DNA of 61,746 bases, the filler included, from Choristocarpus tenellus KU-1152 (lineage: Eukaryota; Protista; Phaeophyceae): assembly GCA_964200185.2 (NCBI GenBank). It is 9 parts of 9 records of this genome, joined end to end, with 100 filler letters (N's around TTAATTAATTAA, not from the genome) between each part and the next. Parts side by side here need not be neighbours in the genome. Positions count along the whole stretch, not along the records: positions 36,656 to 45,287 come from CAXNAD020004511.1; positions 45,388 to 48,587 come from CAXNAD020021590.1; positions 48,688 to 53,950 come from CAXNAD020011321.1; 6 more parts are not named here. One strand, given 5' to 3'. The notes under the pieces are model-generated. The model searched no databases. It was not told the origin of the DNA and saw only the letters and a program-made list of their open reading frames with translations. A program made the position numbers and the translations under genes. Positions within the stretch are counted from its first letter, which is position 1, and each line of letters starts with the position of its first letter. Shown piece after piece: positions 38,721-51,511 of this stretch.

Positions 38721-39424
38721 CACACCCGATGGGTGAACTTTCCCCCCTATTAAGGGAGTCACCTCCCATTTTCCCACCTGCTATTGTGGCATATCGATCT
38801 ACCAACTTATGTTTTCTTGGGTGAAGTGAAGGATGTCAGGTGCAAGAATCTCGCATGTACTCCAAGCCATGCGAACTCTAGCCGTTTTTGTGGATTATTT
38901 CAGAAATATCGATCCGTTTTGTTGAAGTTGCACTCACAGATGTGTTGGATGGTGTCATGTACCACTAAGCAGTGTATGCTGATATGAATTGGTGTATGAA
39001 GCAATGCTGGACCACCGAACTATGAAATTGTCTTGTCGGGCAAGAAATTAAATGCACGCAGTTCTACACAATCTCCTGAGTCATGACAATTTTATTTGTA
39101 AAGCACGTTTTAGAGGCACTACATTGCCCACATTGTGGTGCATGCTTTCAAAGCATTCATCTAGGACCATATTTGTGCATGCGCTTTGTGGCGGTAGATG
39201 ATGCTACCACACACTGCTGTAAGCACAACTTCAAGAAACATGTTAAATGTTACATATTATTCAACAGTAGTGGCACTAGCATCCATAGAGTGCAGGTTAA
39301 TTGTACCTGGTGGAATTGATTCAAAGGGAATTCTGCAGGATAATGTGTGACCATAGAAATTTATGAGAAATGCACGGTATGACCCTGACAGGGTCCAAAG
39401 TTAATGTCGCAGGGGCAGAATGAA

Positions 39425-39683
39425 GAGTGAAAGTATCTTAGAGGATACGAGTTTTGCCCTGTTTGTCCGTTTGGGGCTTGACTTCCTATGGGTTATTTGA
39501 TGACATTTTACCTACTCCGAAACATTTCAGAGTAGGTAAAATGTTTACATTACGAAAAGATGTGTCTGGAACAAGGATACTGACACGTCCTAACAAACAT
39601 GATAGCCAAATTTCATCAAAATCGCAACATTGGATTTTGACCCACAAATGGACGCAGCTTTACCCTCTAAGATACTTTGACTC
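39425..39683 (+). mobile_element. MITE family A copy
   Basis: Family A TIRs; flanks TGAA/TAAA. Confidence 0.92.
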
Positions 39684-41789
39684 TAAACGTTTCCTTCAAT
39701 AGTAAGTCATTTTGATGATGACTTGAGACTCGAAGGAATGATAGGTACAGTGTGGTAGGACACTGGAAAAATATTTTAGATGTAAAATAATATTTAGTAC
39801 ATATTTCCCATCTACAGGGAAACGTACATGAACCATGTTTGTACTACTGGATGTACTGAGGAATGAATTGCGGTCGAGTTGCGATTACTGAATAGGAATT
39901 AAGCCTGTCCATTTAGCAACCCCATTGGCTATCTGGCAAGAGTGGACCCCCCTCCCAAAAGATATGCTGGGGTTGAGTGTTCAGGTCTCCGTCAATGTCT
40001 ACCTCGGGCTTTAGGTCTTGCCTCACCTATTCTTGTTTTTTTCTCTTCGTTGGAGACTTTTTCCCGTGCTCCCAGCATTTCAATGTTGTCACAGCACCTG
40101 GTCAAGTGATAGTGTGGGCTACGCTGCTTGAAATTAGGGTTTTGACAACGGTTTCTTGTTGGAGTGTATTTGTTGGCCTGGTGCTTGATACCTCAAGCAT
40201 GTGCACGTGGGGGTGGCATCACAGCAAGTGCCCGCTCCCAGTGTAGTTTCTATAACACGTCAATTCAGGTCTCTCCTAAGCCGTTTGTTGGGGGACTGGA
40301 ATGTGGTCAGATGAGCAGATGAGGAGGAGGACTGTAGGGTATGAGCAGTGGACAAGACAGAGAAGGTAGTGGGCAAGACAATGCCGAGTAGGCAGGGGCA
40401 AGTGCATGGGCATGTCATGTTAGAAAGTTGGCTTCAATGCGTTTTGCACAGTTGATAGCTTCCAACAATGTAGGGGCAAAATCTTCATCGGATTGTTGGA
40501 GTTGAACATTGGATTGTAACCCACCTCCAAACAGGGAAATGACAAATTGTTCATTATGCTTACAATTAATTGATAGTGTCTGTGGATGAATGGCGAACTG
40601 CTGCTGTAAACATACCGAGAATATATCAAAAACGTAGAACATATTCTTCAAAAATGCCATCTGCCGTTTTTTGGGACATATATTCCTCTGCCTACTACAG
40701 TCACTCAAGGCAATTGTGTGACTTACACATTTTGATAACATCGGAAATCGTTACCATATTTTTTGGGAAATGGCGGAGACTCGGCAAAATTATTTTGGTT
40801 TTGGGGGACTCGCAATTGGGCAGGTGCGCACCATTCAACCTTGTCTTCCATGCTCTGAAAATCTAAGGGTAAATCGGTCATGCATGTACGATCAATGGAG
40901 TTTATCACATTAGGATTCGTAAACCTGAAGTGTGATATGTATGTAGAAACTTTTCAAAAGTGTATGTACATCAATTAATTATTGTAAAAGGGAGAAACAC
41001 ATCGTTTGGAAATTAGCTATTTATATTTGACCAAGAAAGTTTTCTGGAATTGACTTAAATAACTCGGGGACTTGGTCTCCATCATCAGATTCTTGATCAA
41101 ATCTACGCTAGGAGGGCGTTTTGTCGCCTCTTCCAAATTGCGTTGATAAACTTCACAAAGGGGTCCGAAGTAGAATGCTGTGGACTGGGTTCGAGTGCTG
41201 AAGGAGGTGGAACATTCTGTGTAGTACTCAAAAATACTCCCCACTTTCTTCAATCTGTTGCCAGTCGTCACCACTATGATACAGTTGGGCTCGGCAAACA
41301 GACTTCCCTCTTCAGACTGAATAGGAACAGGAAGACACACAACAGGAGGGTGTGAAAAGGAGAGATACGATAAGGAAAGGCGGTCAAGTCCAGGAAAGGT
41401 CCATCAGAAGAACATAAGAGAAGTGAGTGGTCAAGTGGGAAGTGGGGTTTGTGTAGGTCTACACCCCACACGTCCTGATGCTGATGTTATTTAGGAAGGA
41501 ATCCTGTTCTATCTCCATCTCACATTTATGATAGAGTGGACGAGTGTAGATCCATAAATGTCAAGGGAATATCAAAGGTATACCTTGGAATGAAGGTGAA
41601 GATGAAACATGGTATTGTTAAAAACTAGACTAGGTCAGACCTTGACAGAATTGTGTACGCGCCACCTGGGGTCGAGGCCCAGCCCCGTACTCCTCCACAA
41701 ATCTCGTTAATTACTGTCCAGTATAAATACCTGAAAACTATAGCACCACTAATAAGAAGACAGTGACAAGTACAAAGAGTTGAGTCACA

Positions 41790-44511
41790 ATGTTCATAGC
41801 TAGATTCCTTCAAGTGTTTGCGGTTGCGCCTTATGTTAGTGCTAGCCACGTATCATTGGTAGCTTTTCTTCCCCATGTAAGGACTACGTGTGGTGAACAT
41901 TGGGGGAGAACGTCGTTCCGAGACTTCAAAGTTGCATTGTCGTGTACGGGAAGGTCGACAAAGAAAAACGAGGGACCTTCACACGTTCAAAAGGTCAACT
42001 GGAGGGAGCAGTGGTATCCGCTGGCATTTGACAAGTTCACTGACCGGAAGAATCCGTTCTCTATAAATGTGCTTGATCAGGCCCTCGCTGTGTGGTACGA
42101 CCAAACAGGTGATCGTTTCTATCCCCTCTTTTCTTTTCCCCATCCACCTCCTGCTGGTGTGACAATAGTATGTAGTCATCTCCCGTTGACTCGAAATCCA
42201 TTTCCTCCAAGACGGGAGATTGAGTGATTTGAAATTTTGGTTATATTAAAAGGTATACTCTACGGGCTCAACACTTGAGGCTCATCTTCTCAGAAAAGGG
42301 ATCTTGAAATTTGAAAGCTTGTTTAGATCCACGACGAATTTCCCGTCTTCCTTGTGAAGGGACAGGCAAAGGACAAGCGTTCCCTACAAGGCAGCATGGC
42401 CTTTTAAGTGCCGAAAAGGCTTGGCCAGTACCAGTATGACCTCTCGCATTCTGGTCATGGTACGTGTGAACTGGTGCACATGTATGCAGGTGTAGAAATA
42501 GGAGAAGGTAGATACCCAATTCGTCGGGATTCGTCTAATACTCTTTGGTCCAATCTTTTCTCGCACTAATTCCTTGGACATCCGTGAACGGGACAGAGAA
42601 CAAGTGGAGGGCTACGGCTGACGAATGCCCTCACCGCCTGGCCCCACTGAGTGAGGGAAGGGTAGATGACGAGGGTCACATTCAATGTCCCTATCATGGT
42701 GAGTGTTTTGAGATAAGGTTTGATACGGTCTAGACCTAAACTCATTAGAATCAATGTCCCCGAAGAAGTATTATGATATGTAGTCTCCCTGAAAACCCTG
42801 GGAGAGATGTCCTCATCAAGATGCAGGAGATGTGAAGGAGTAAGACTCAGTGAAATAATTGAATGGAAATCTTGGTCTCAATAATTGTGCTTGAGTGAAT
42901 TTGCATCCGAGGCTAATATGGTTGGCCATAGTTTACTCTGTAGCTCCACGCACTCATGTTCTACAATCTTTCCAAGAATATTGCCTCAAAACGATTTTCT
43001 TCTACTTCTAACTATTATAAAGGCTGATCAACTACATATGTACCCCAAATATGTAATTTTTGTTTTGTGGGTCTTGATGATGACTGGATTCTTTCTTGTT
43101 TTGGGGTTGGAATCATTGGTATCGACCATCACAAGCATATGTCTTCCTTAACTCGGTGAGGTTGCCTAGATTGAAGTGGCTCCAATACTGAGGGGGACAG
43201 CCCCCTCCCCTGAAGCTGAGGTGGCATTTTCCCCTGTATTTTCTTTTCTGATTGGTTAGGGGATCTGTGAGGAGTGCCTGTGAATCAGCTTCCACTGTCG
43301 CCAGCCCTACAGGCAATTCATCATCCTCTAGATTGCAAAATAAAAATAGATGAGTATTCCTTGGCTTTGATAAAAATTGTTACCTCAACGCTACCTCACA
43401 ACACTTTGCCTCTCATCCTGTTCTGTGGACAAACACCATTGTCAGAACACACAAGAGCCTTGGGTTACTACTCCTCAGACATCTCATGAGTCTTTAGGCA
43501 GAGTCAACTTCAAGGGATCATTTTAAACAATCAGATCAACTTGGCATTGTTTTCTTGTGTATTTTGATGAGAACTTGCGGAGGGCTGTCCCAGATACCAT
43601 TGGGCTACTGGCATGATCCCGCCGTGTGGACCCAATCCACCGCGAAGGGACAAGACAAAATAGCTCACTGATGCAAGTGGTCCATCCCATAGACAATCTA
43701 CTCGAAAACAATTTTTTTCATTTTTTCATTGTGTGATATAAAGAAACACACGAGGCATGAACTTGTCGCAGGCCCTTGCAAAAGAGCGTTAAATCCCCTC
43801 TCCTCACCCCTTCGGGCCACGCGCCCACCTCCAAAATAGTGAAACGAATTCAATTTTCATCCACCACGACGTACAACACGTACCTGTGTGAAAGTATCTT
43901 GGAGGGTACGAATTTTTCCCTGTTTGTCCATTTGGGGCTTGGTTTCTTTCGATGGTTTTATTACATTTTTCTACTCCAAAATATCTTGGAGTAGGTAAGA
44001 TGTGTACGTTATGAAAAAATGTCTTCGGAACAAGGATATTGACACTTCCTAACAAACGCGATGGCCAAATTTACGTCAAAGTCGAAACATTGGATTTTGG
44101 TCCCCAAATGGACGCGACTCTACCCTCTAAGATACTTTGGCTCACCTGTTTGCTGTTTGCTGTTTGCTGTTTGCTGTTCCCCTGTCTGTTGCATGTTCCT
44201 ACAACAGGCTGGTCCTTTGATGGAAGCTCTGGCACCTGCACACACATACCTCAGGCAGAGGTGGGGGCTCCACCCCCCGGGCAGCGTGCCTGCGTTACTA
44301 CCTTCCCCTGCACGGTGCGCCAGGGCATTATCTGGGCGTGGATGGAGCCACTAACAGCGCTGAACCAGAGCACGGGTGGGTTGGTGTGGCCGGATGAAAG
44401 GTTGATCCCAACTAGTGATGTTCTGGATGATCCTGAGGTAGTCTGCATCGACTTTCACCGTGATGCTCCAATGGACTACACTACCATGGTGGAAAACTTA
44501 CTAGATCCAAG
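41790..44511 (+). CDS. Plastid-targeted Rieske non-heme iron oxygenase (pheophorbide a oxygenase/Tic55/PTC52 family), 3' partial
   Basis: Exons 41790..42108, 42597..42698 and 44208..44511 splice in frame: [10 protein letters not shown]...[32 protein letters not shown] (Rieske CxH...CxxH)...MVENLLDPS (start of the mononuclear iron motif). N-terminus is signal-peptide-like with an LVAF (ASAFAP-type) motif. No further exon was recognised before the contig ends. Confidence 0.92.
43886..44143 (+). mobile_element. MITE family A copy in oxygenase intron 2
   Basis: Family A TIRs; exact TSD ACCT/ACCT. Confidence 0.92.
44146..44178 (+). repeat. (CTGTTTG)n short tandem repeat
   Basis: Four full units plus CTGTT between the MITE and the splice acceptor. 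Confidence 0.9.
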
Positions 44512-45035
44512 GTTGTGGACTTTGTTTGGTTTATGGGGTGTATGTGAGCATGTGTGCATGTGTGGCATGTTTGTGTGTTTTATCTGGCAGGGGACAGGGG
44601 GGGGGGGGAGCTTTGCTTCTCTTGTTTTGTTCTGGTTATTTGCTGTTTTTTTCTGCTGATTTGTTGGATCTAGGCAGGTAGGTATGGGTGTGTTATGCGT
44701 GTACGTTTTTTGCATGTACCCTCAACAGATTGTTGGCGACCTGTTTGTACCTTATTCGAGGTGCCAGAACAGGGGGCAAAGGGGATGTTTAGCAGGGTGA
44801 TTCTTTTTCTCATTGTCCTGCTGTTCATGTCTGTGGGCTGCCAAGAGCAGGGCGCACACACGGGCGATAAGCAGGAAGGCATTTGTTTTCCTCGCTTTCC
44901 TACTGTAGCACCATGATCGCACTGAAAACTTGGGGAGGCGTATTCTAGCAGGTGTTTGTGTTCGTTGCCGTTTTATAGCTACCATATTTGAGAGGTTCAT
45001 CACCTTTACCTTACTACTTGAAAGACTGGTGCACA

Positions 45036-45137
45036 CTGTTGATACCTCTGTTGATACCTCTACTCGTCATAGCATACCTCTTCTTGTCATAGCCATACCT
45101 CTTCTCGTCATAGCCATGATTCTTCTCGCCCTAGCCC
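45036..45137 (+). repeat. Degenerate minisatellite (12-bp and 21-bp units)
   Basis: CTGTTGATACCT x2, then about four ATACCTCTTCTCGTCATAGCC-like units. Confidence 0.8.
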
Positions 45138-45169
45138 CTCATTATTTTTGGTGGGGACACTCTTTGCCC

Positions 45170-45216
<47 letters not shown>

Positions 45217-45287
45217 TTCCCCCCCCCCCCCCCCTCTCTCCACCCTCCCATCCCCTCCCCCCCCCCCCCCACCCTCCCGACTCACTC

Positions 45288-45387
45288 NNNNNNNNNNNNN
45301 NNNNNNNNNNNNNNNNNNNNNNNNNNNNNNNTTAATTAATTAANNNNNNNNNNNNNNNNNNNNNNNNNNNNNNNNNNNNNNNNNNNN
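45288..45387. other. Artificial contig linker, flanked by long poly-C and poly-G tracts
   Basis: 44N-TTAATTAATTAA-44N. Confidence 0.98.
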
Positions 45388-45450
45388 CACCAGGACCAAA
45401 GAAACGGGGGAGGGGAGGGGGTGGGGGGGGGGTGTTGGTGTGGTGGTTGT

Positions 45451-45501
<51 letters not shown>

Positions 45502-48109
45502 CCTCTGACACTGCTCTAGGGGTTAGTTTCAGCTGTTCTCTGCTGAGGATGGTATTATTGACAGTTGGTGGGGTGGTATATGTTGAAAAGTATTTACCGC
45601 CAGAGGTATTAATGATTCTCTATATATACCATCATTGGTTTGGTTCTCAATTCATGGGGTGCTGCAGACTAAACCGAAATCCTGTTTAGAAAGGTACAGA
45701 ACGATTACTCTCTAGGGTTGGGATTGGTGTTAGTGTAGTATATTTTTTGCATACATTGTAGTAGTGGGATTTTGAATCAACCCCTGGAGGTTACTGTGCA
45801 GTATGGCCTTGAGTTGTGGCAGGGAAAGCAGAACTTGACGTTGTGAAATGGGACAGCCATTGGGGTAGAGTTTGGTGTCCAATTTGATGTGGATCAAGTT
45901 TGCCTACCAGGGTATGATCACACCCTGTAGTTTAGCAGGGTTTGCAGATGAGGAAGGCATGTCTGAACAGAAGGTGGTTGCAGAGATCTTTGAGATGAAG
46001 TGTATACACATGGATATTGCACATTATTTTTATTTTTTTCCCAGCAGGTATCAATCTGAATGCTGGCATTGATTACAACTAACTACAGATGAGCATTGCC
46101 GGCTGTGTCCTCTTCTACTGACAGTAACAGAGCCAAGAGTTAGCTGTGAAGATCTGTATGTTTTGTCTTGTGGTGGGACAGTCGGATAGTGTGTCGAATT
46201 GAGGTAGGGATGTTAGATGTCTTTTCTGTGGAGTCAAGTATAGAAGAGGACAGAGGTGTTTTTCCAAGAGGCATGCTAGAGAGAGAGAGAGAGAAAGAGA
46301 GAGAGAGTGGGATGCTGTTAGTGCACACTGCATAGTCCTTAGACCTGAACATCAATGTCTTGGGTCTGCTTGGGGGTACTCACTGGTAGGGTTTGAGGTT
46401 TCTGTTGTAACTCATTCAAAGAGCTTGTAAGGGGGATTAATGCTGAAATAGGGTTTGACAGAGCTTGATATGGACAGAGTAGGGAGGGTTTGACAGTCTA
46501 TTTAAGGTACAAATGAAGTTCTGGAGTCGATTGGAGACAAAGAGAAATGCAGTGGTATAGACGCAGTACCAAGGATAGGAAAACTATTTGTAACTGTACT
46601 CGGGAAAAGGACCTTCAGGTCTACTTTTGTCCCTTGGACTGATGGGTGCTTGGAGATGGTTACTTCCGAGTGGGAGATTGCAAGGTCTATGATGTATTTC
46701 ATGCCGAGGATTACAAGGTCTGTGTCCGTTCTTTAATTGAAGTATCCTTAAAGGGTTGTAGTATAGAGAGCTCTGAGAGCATTACAGAGGAGGTACTGCG
46801 GTGTTATGTATGTCCATTAGACTGCTGTAGCTATCTGTGTAATAGGATAAGTCTCTCTTGTCTTGCACTGTTCATCTTTGTGTGCGTGTGTGTGTGTGTG
46901 TGTTGTAGAATGGTATTGATCCTACATAAATAAAACTGTGTAGTATGTAGTGAGATGAGTGATGTATGTGTTAGGAAGTGTTTTTTTTTTATCTGTATGT
47001 AGATATATGCTAGGAATGTTATTTTCGATGTCATGGTCCTAATGAATGTGGTTATTGTTTTATTACACAATAGTTGTGCTCACCCAGGTGTTCACTTGCG
47101 GGGTATACCTCTCTTAGGTCTCTTGTGGATGTTTCAAACTCACCCAAGTTGGGAGATGTTCGTTTGAAGTATTTTTCATCTGTCTGAGCACTTAGCATGG
47201 TCAGAGTGCAGGCCATGGATCAACCCTGATATAATATATTAGGACTGCACCAGTCTGTCGCCCTGCCATTTTGAAACAGTTGACAAAGACTTTCTCTGTC
47301 AGAACTTATTTGGACCTGGGTCCAAATCACCCCAGTACACAAGGAAATTTTTTTTTTTCTTTGTATCCCCTTAGCCACGCCCTTGTACTGTTGGGGGGTT
47401 CTATCACAGTTGAACCTCAGTCTGAAAAATGTTGGCACTTGTCCAGCCCACCTGGTTCCGGTACTAGATGGACCTGGTTCAGACATGTCACAAAATATTG
47501 GAACTTTGCCCAGCCAACGAATTGGTCCTGATGAATAGTGCTCTTGCACGTTTGTTGTTGTTTTTTCAAGGTTGGGATTTAGGTCTGGTGTCATTCATGG
47601 GAAGTCACAACATTCTGTTCAATTGCCAAGTCCGACCTCCCTCCCCCCCCCGCCCTCTCGAATACTGTATATTGTTTCTATTTTCAAGTTTTTCAGATGG
47701 TTGTGATCATTAGCTCACTCCGTGTAACCATTGGCATTCTGAAAAAGGTTGAGGGTGTGACCGCTACCTATCCCTCCTTGTTAGTTTGATACCTGTCTCC
47801 TACGACGACTGCTTTTTTTGTTTTGGTATCTCTCTTTTTTTTATACCCCTTTAACTTTTTTGAGTTGGAACTTTCCTGTCTTCTGGCGTTTACTGTGTGA
47901 GTCATTATCTGTTTCTCAGGCTTGACTTTGTATGTGTTGCTTCTGTACACCTAGGCATTGTACATACTATGCTCTCGCCAACACGAGCACAATGTTTCTA
48001 CTACCTGTTTTGTACATTACAGATACTCACAGCCCCCTGCCTGACATCAAAGTGGTAGTTTACCATACACACTCTTCTCTGTGCCGATGTCCCCTCCCCC
48101 CGCCACTAG

Positions 48110-48528
48110 CTTGTCAATCTGCTTTCAATGATCAACCCTATGCTGACCCTGTGCCTACTTTCTCCAATCACGCCCACCAGTCAGGAGTGTTTGGTCCGGA
48201 TTTGCCGTTGGCCAAAGGGGAGAGTGAAGCAGATGATAATGGTGACACGGGTGCTAACAAGGTGGCACCCCAGGATGTTGCTCAGGGAGCAGAGCAGGGT
48301 GGGGCACAGGGCTTTGTTATTGTGGGTGAAGGCGGTGGTGATGATGCCCCCCCACCTGTAGAGGTTGGGGCTGGGGGAGATGACTCTCCCATATCTGGGC
48401 TAGCAGAGGATGATATGCCCCCTGACTTTGATACTGAACCAATTGAAAACTTTGAGGAGATATCAGTTGGGGTGGAACCAAACACAGCAGGTGCTGTTGA
48501 GGCAGGTGGCGATGATGACATGGACTGA
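48110..48528 (+). CDS. Probable terminal exon of an acidic, low-complexity protein (orphan)
   Basis: Pyrimidine-rich acceptor CCCCCGCCACTAG, then an open frame to TGA encoding a D/E/G/A/P-rich tail ending GGDDDMD. No upstream exons identified. Confidence 0.5.
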
Positions 48529-48587
48529 TATGGGAAGGGGCACAGCTGTAGGGGGGAGGTGCAAGATGGAAAGGAGAGTTGGACATG

Positions 48588-48687
48588 NNNNNNNNNNNNN
48601 NNNNNNNNNNNNNNNNNNNNNNNNNNNNNNNTTAATTAATTAANNNNNNNNNNNNNNNNNNNNNNNNNNNNNNNNNNNNNNNNNNNN
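48588..48687. other. Artificial contig linker
   Basis: 44N-TTAATTAATTAA-44N. Confidence 0.98.
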
Positions 48688-48743
48688 ACCGAAACAGACG
48701 CCCACTCACAAACCACCCCCCCCCTCCCCAAATACTTTGACCT
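48688..48743 (-). mobile_element. MITE family D end, truncated by contig start
   Basis: GAAACAGACGCCCACTCACAAACCACCCCC...CCCCAAATACTTTGACCT is the inverse of 24613..24665. Confidence 0.75.
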
Positions 48744-48910
48744 GACAACAAGATCTTGGAGATAGCCAGGTCAGAGGTGAGTTCCTTTAATTCACTGCCA
48801 CACTTAGCACTGCAGTGAAGAAGGTGTTGAAGAGGATGGGAGCAAGAAAACACTCTTGTTGACAGCCCTGTATCCAACCTCAAACCAGTCTATCTGTAGA
48901 TGTACCACAA
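48744..48910 (-). mobile_element. RTE-like RT fragment
   Basis: Minus strand gives DWFEV...LAPILFNTFFTAVLSVA with frameshifts. Confidence 0.7.
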
Positions 48911-49098
48911 AATGTAACAGAACAAGATCAAGGTGGCAATGTCAAGGTGACTCGTGCATGACCTCTGAGGGAGGAGACAGAGTGATAGGCGGTGGGATTG
49001 CTTAACCAAACAATACTTGAGAACTAAGGCACGGACAGAGCCAGCAGAATTTCGTCCTATCGCAAGGAGCAGTTACAACAAACAGTTCAGATAAGAAC

Positions 49099-49395
49099 TA
49101 CTACCGCCCGAATTGCCTCTGATCGCAGGTCGGGAGAATGTGTGATCCGTGTTTTCCCACTTGTTAAATCTGATGCAGCATAGGAGGAATTGTGTTGGCC
49201 AGACAGAGCAAAGCTTTATTTACTGCATCTGGGAGAGTGTCCATGTACTACCGCCTGAATTGCCTCTGATGGCAGGTCGGGAGAATGTGTGATCCGTGTT
49301 TTCCCGCTAGTTAAATCTGATGCAGCATAATAGGAAGAATTGTGTTGGCCAGACAGAGCAAAGCTTTATTTACTGGATCTGGCAGAGTGTCCATG
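49099..49395 (+). repeat. Tandem duplication (147-bp and 150-bp units)
   Basis: 49099..49245 and 49246..49395 are near-identical (TACTACCGCC...GAGTGTCCATG). Confidence 0.95.
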
Positions 49396-49689
49396 TCATA
49401 CAACCATATAACAGGACTTCAACTATTTCTGCTTAAGGTGTTCGGATCCTAACCCTATGCGATACAGGTATGGTTCCTTAATTCGACACTTGCCTGTACG
49501 GGTGGAAACAACCCCTGGCATTTTGTACCTGTCCATTTATCTTAGCAGTGATTTCAGCTTCTTTGTCGTCGATTGTTCCACCGATGTATTGAATGTTGGT
49601 ACTCTGCTTAGAATCTGCAACCTCGCTGGGAGGTCAAAGGCACATGGTTTCTGTCTTCAGCTCAGACATAGTAAGCGTGAATCACCTGA

Positions 49690-50030
49690 CTACTTTCACT
49701 ACACCATCATTCCGACCAACCTCCTTGGGTCTTACACACAATTTACACATGGTTAGCATAGAGGATACCCAACACAGGTCAGTCAGTATGAAGTGTAGTC
49801 CCACCTCCTGTTGATCCTCCTATGACCCGGCTGTTTGTCACAGTTCCCTTGACGATAACAAGGTCCTCAGAGATGGTCGGGTTAGATGCGAACTATGCTG
49901 CTTAACACTGCGGTGAAGAAGATGTTGAAGAGGGTAGGGGCAAGAACACACACTTGTTGAAGGCCTTGTCTCAAACCAGTCTGTGCACTCTCCATCATTC
50001 CTGGATACTCATCCCCCCATTCCATCGTCA
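49690..50030 (-). mobile_element. RTE-like RT fragment
   Basis: GLRQGLQQVCVLAPTLFNIFFTAVLS, followed by a degenerate LYADD region. Confidence 0.8.
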
Positions 50031-50596
50031 GATTGGTGGATGACTGAGATCTTTTTCCCAGATACTCAAAACTTGGTAAACATAGTCCACAGGATATCGA
50101 GGTGAACATATTTATAGGCTAGATAAAAAAAAAAGCACCAAAAAACGGAGAGGTACAACTTTCTCGCGACCGATTTCCAGTAGGATAGGTACAGATCACG
50201 TTCACTGCAGAGTATTGGGGCCGCAAACTTCACTATATTGTTCTTCATGGAGTATTTTCTCCCCTTCCATGAAGCGTGCAACAATTTTTAGAAGTACCTC
50301 CTCAGTGTGTGCCACCTACACTATCAAGATGTATCCTGTCGTTGAGATGTTGATATACCCTGTGTTGTCAATTGGGATATATATACCTCAGGCTGTCATG
50401 TAAGATGAAGGGAGGTCACCAGCACGTGGAAAGACAGTGTCGATCACACCCATAGAGACCTCTTTCGAACTCCACCTTCTTGAGACCTACCTCGCCAATA
50501 GAGTTTTCTATCTCTTCTCCTGTAGTTGCACCTCCGTTTTGTAGGTGGAACTAGTCAGAGAAGAGAAAAAGCCTCAAGAGACAGGTCAAGTAGATC

Positions 50597-51511
50597 ATGA
50601 GGGTACCACAGCCGTTGCTGCTCTTGGCAGGCGCTGCTTCCGCCACCGCAAGTTCTGTTGACGCTTACTCACTCAGTGTTCAAGGGGTGGGTCCATAGCT
50701 ACGTATTTTATCTCGTATGTAGCAATACTACATGCTGTGGTTGCTCCTGTTGACGTTTCTGAGTGGTTGGTCGACGAAGGTTGACATGAGAGGAAGGGAG
50801 CCCGCCGCGAGAGGTTCAATGCCGAAGATGTATAAATTGAACCCTAGCACTTCTTCCTCTCCACTTTTTTTTGCTATGCGGTTCTTCTTACCCTAGAAGC
50901 GAGGATTGCTGCGCCATCCTTTCAAGGCTGTGGTGTCGTCCTAGAAGTGCTCCCAACACAAGCATCGCCGTTGCTGTTTGCAAGAGGAAAATCTCACAAC
51001 TGATTTGATTTTAGATTAGCGCTTGCACGTTCAGCTTCTTCCTGTATCGCCGTGTAACATTATGTCATGCAGGACCTTTTTTGCAAGGGCTTTCATTACG
51101 AAACATGTTTGTTGTTCAAGTCGCAGGTCGGGAAGAGTTATGAAGCTGCTGCGCAAGAAGTAAATTGTGTTATTTTCATGCCTCGAGCGCCAATAAGTAC
51201 AAACTGGTTGGTGCAGAAGAAGTTACATCAACATAATATCTCGCGACCTACCATCTATTGCCTCCTTGTTATCGTCTGTTATCTGGAAATTGCTTTTGAC
51301 TAACGATCTTCTCGCCTTGTGTTGCATTCCTGGGGGCCTGGATTTCTGTCCGAATTGGATGGGTGGGGCGATGCTCCCTGCTTTGACTGGGCAGGTATTT
51401 GCGAACATTGCGAGGGACTCCTTGGGGGATATTCGTGAGCTGGCTAAGACTGTTGAGGCAGGGGATATCTGTCCAGGGCTAGGGTCCAAGGCGGACAGTA
51501 TCTGTAACCAG
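50597..51511 (+). CDS. 5' exons of a signal-peptide-bearing protein of unknown function (3' partial)
   Basis: Exon 50597..50686 (MRVPQPLLLLAGAASATASSVDAYSLSVQG, donor GTGGGT) joins in phase 0 to exon 51395..51511 (VFANIARDSLGDIRELAKTVEAGDICPGLGSKADSICNQ, donor GTGACA). Confidence 0.6.

Noticed and set aside
941-44143. MITEs acting as introners
   Set aside because: Genic copies lie inside larger introns; none coincides with splice boundaries.
44930-45689. Poly-Pro and poly-Gly ORFs
   Set aside because: Translations of C/G homopolymers at contig ends.
49099-49395. CRISPR-like array or hammerhead in the tandem repeat
   Set aside because: Only two long units with no spacers; CTGATGC rather than the CTGATGA...GAAA core.
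51073-51126. Possible extra exon (DLFCKGFHYETCLLFKSQ) in the signal-peptide gene
   Set aside because: In-frame AG/GT boundaries, but the flanking exons read more naturally joined directly; needs RNA-seq.
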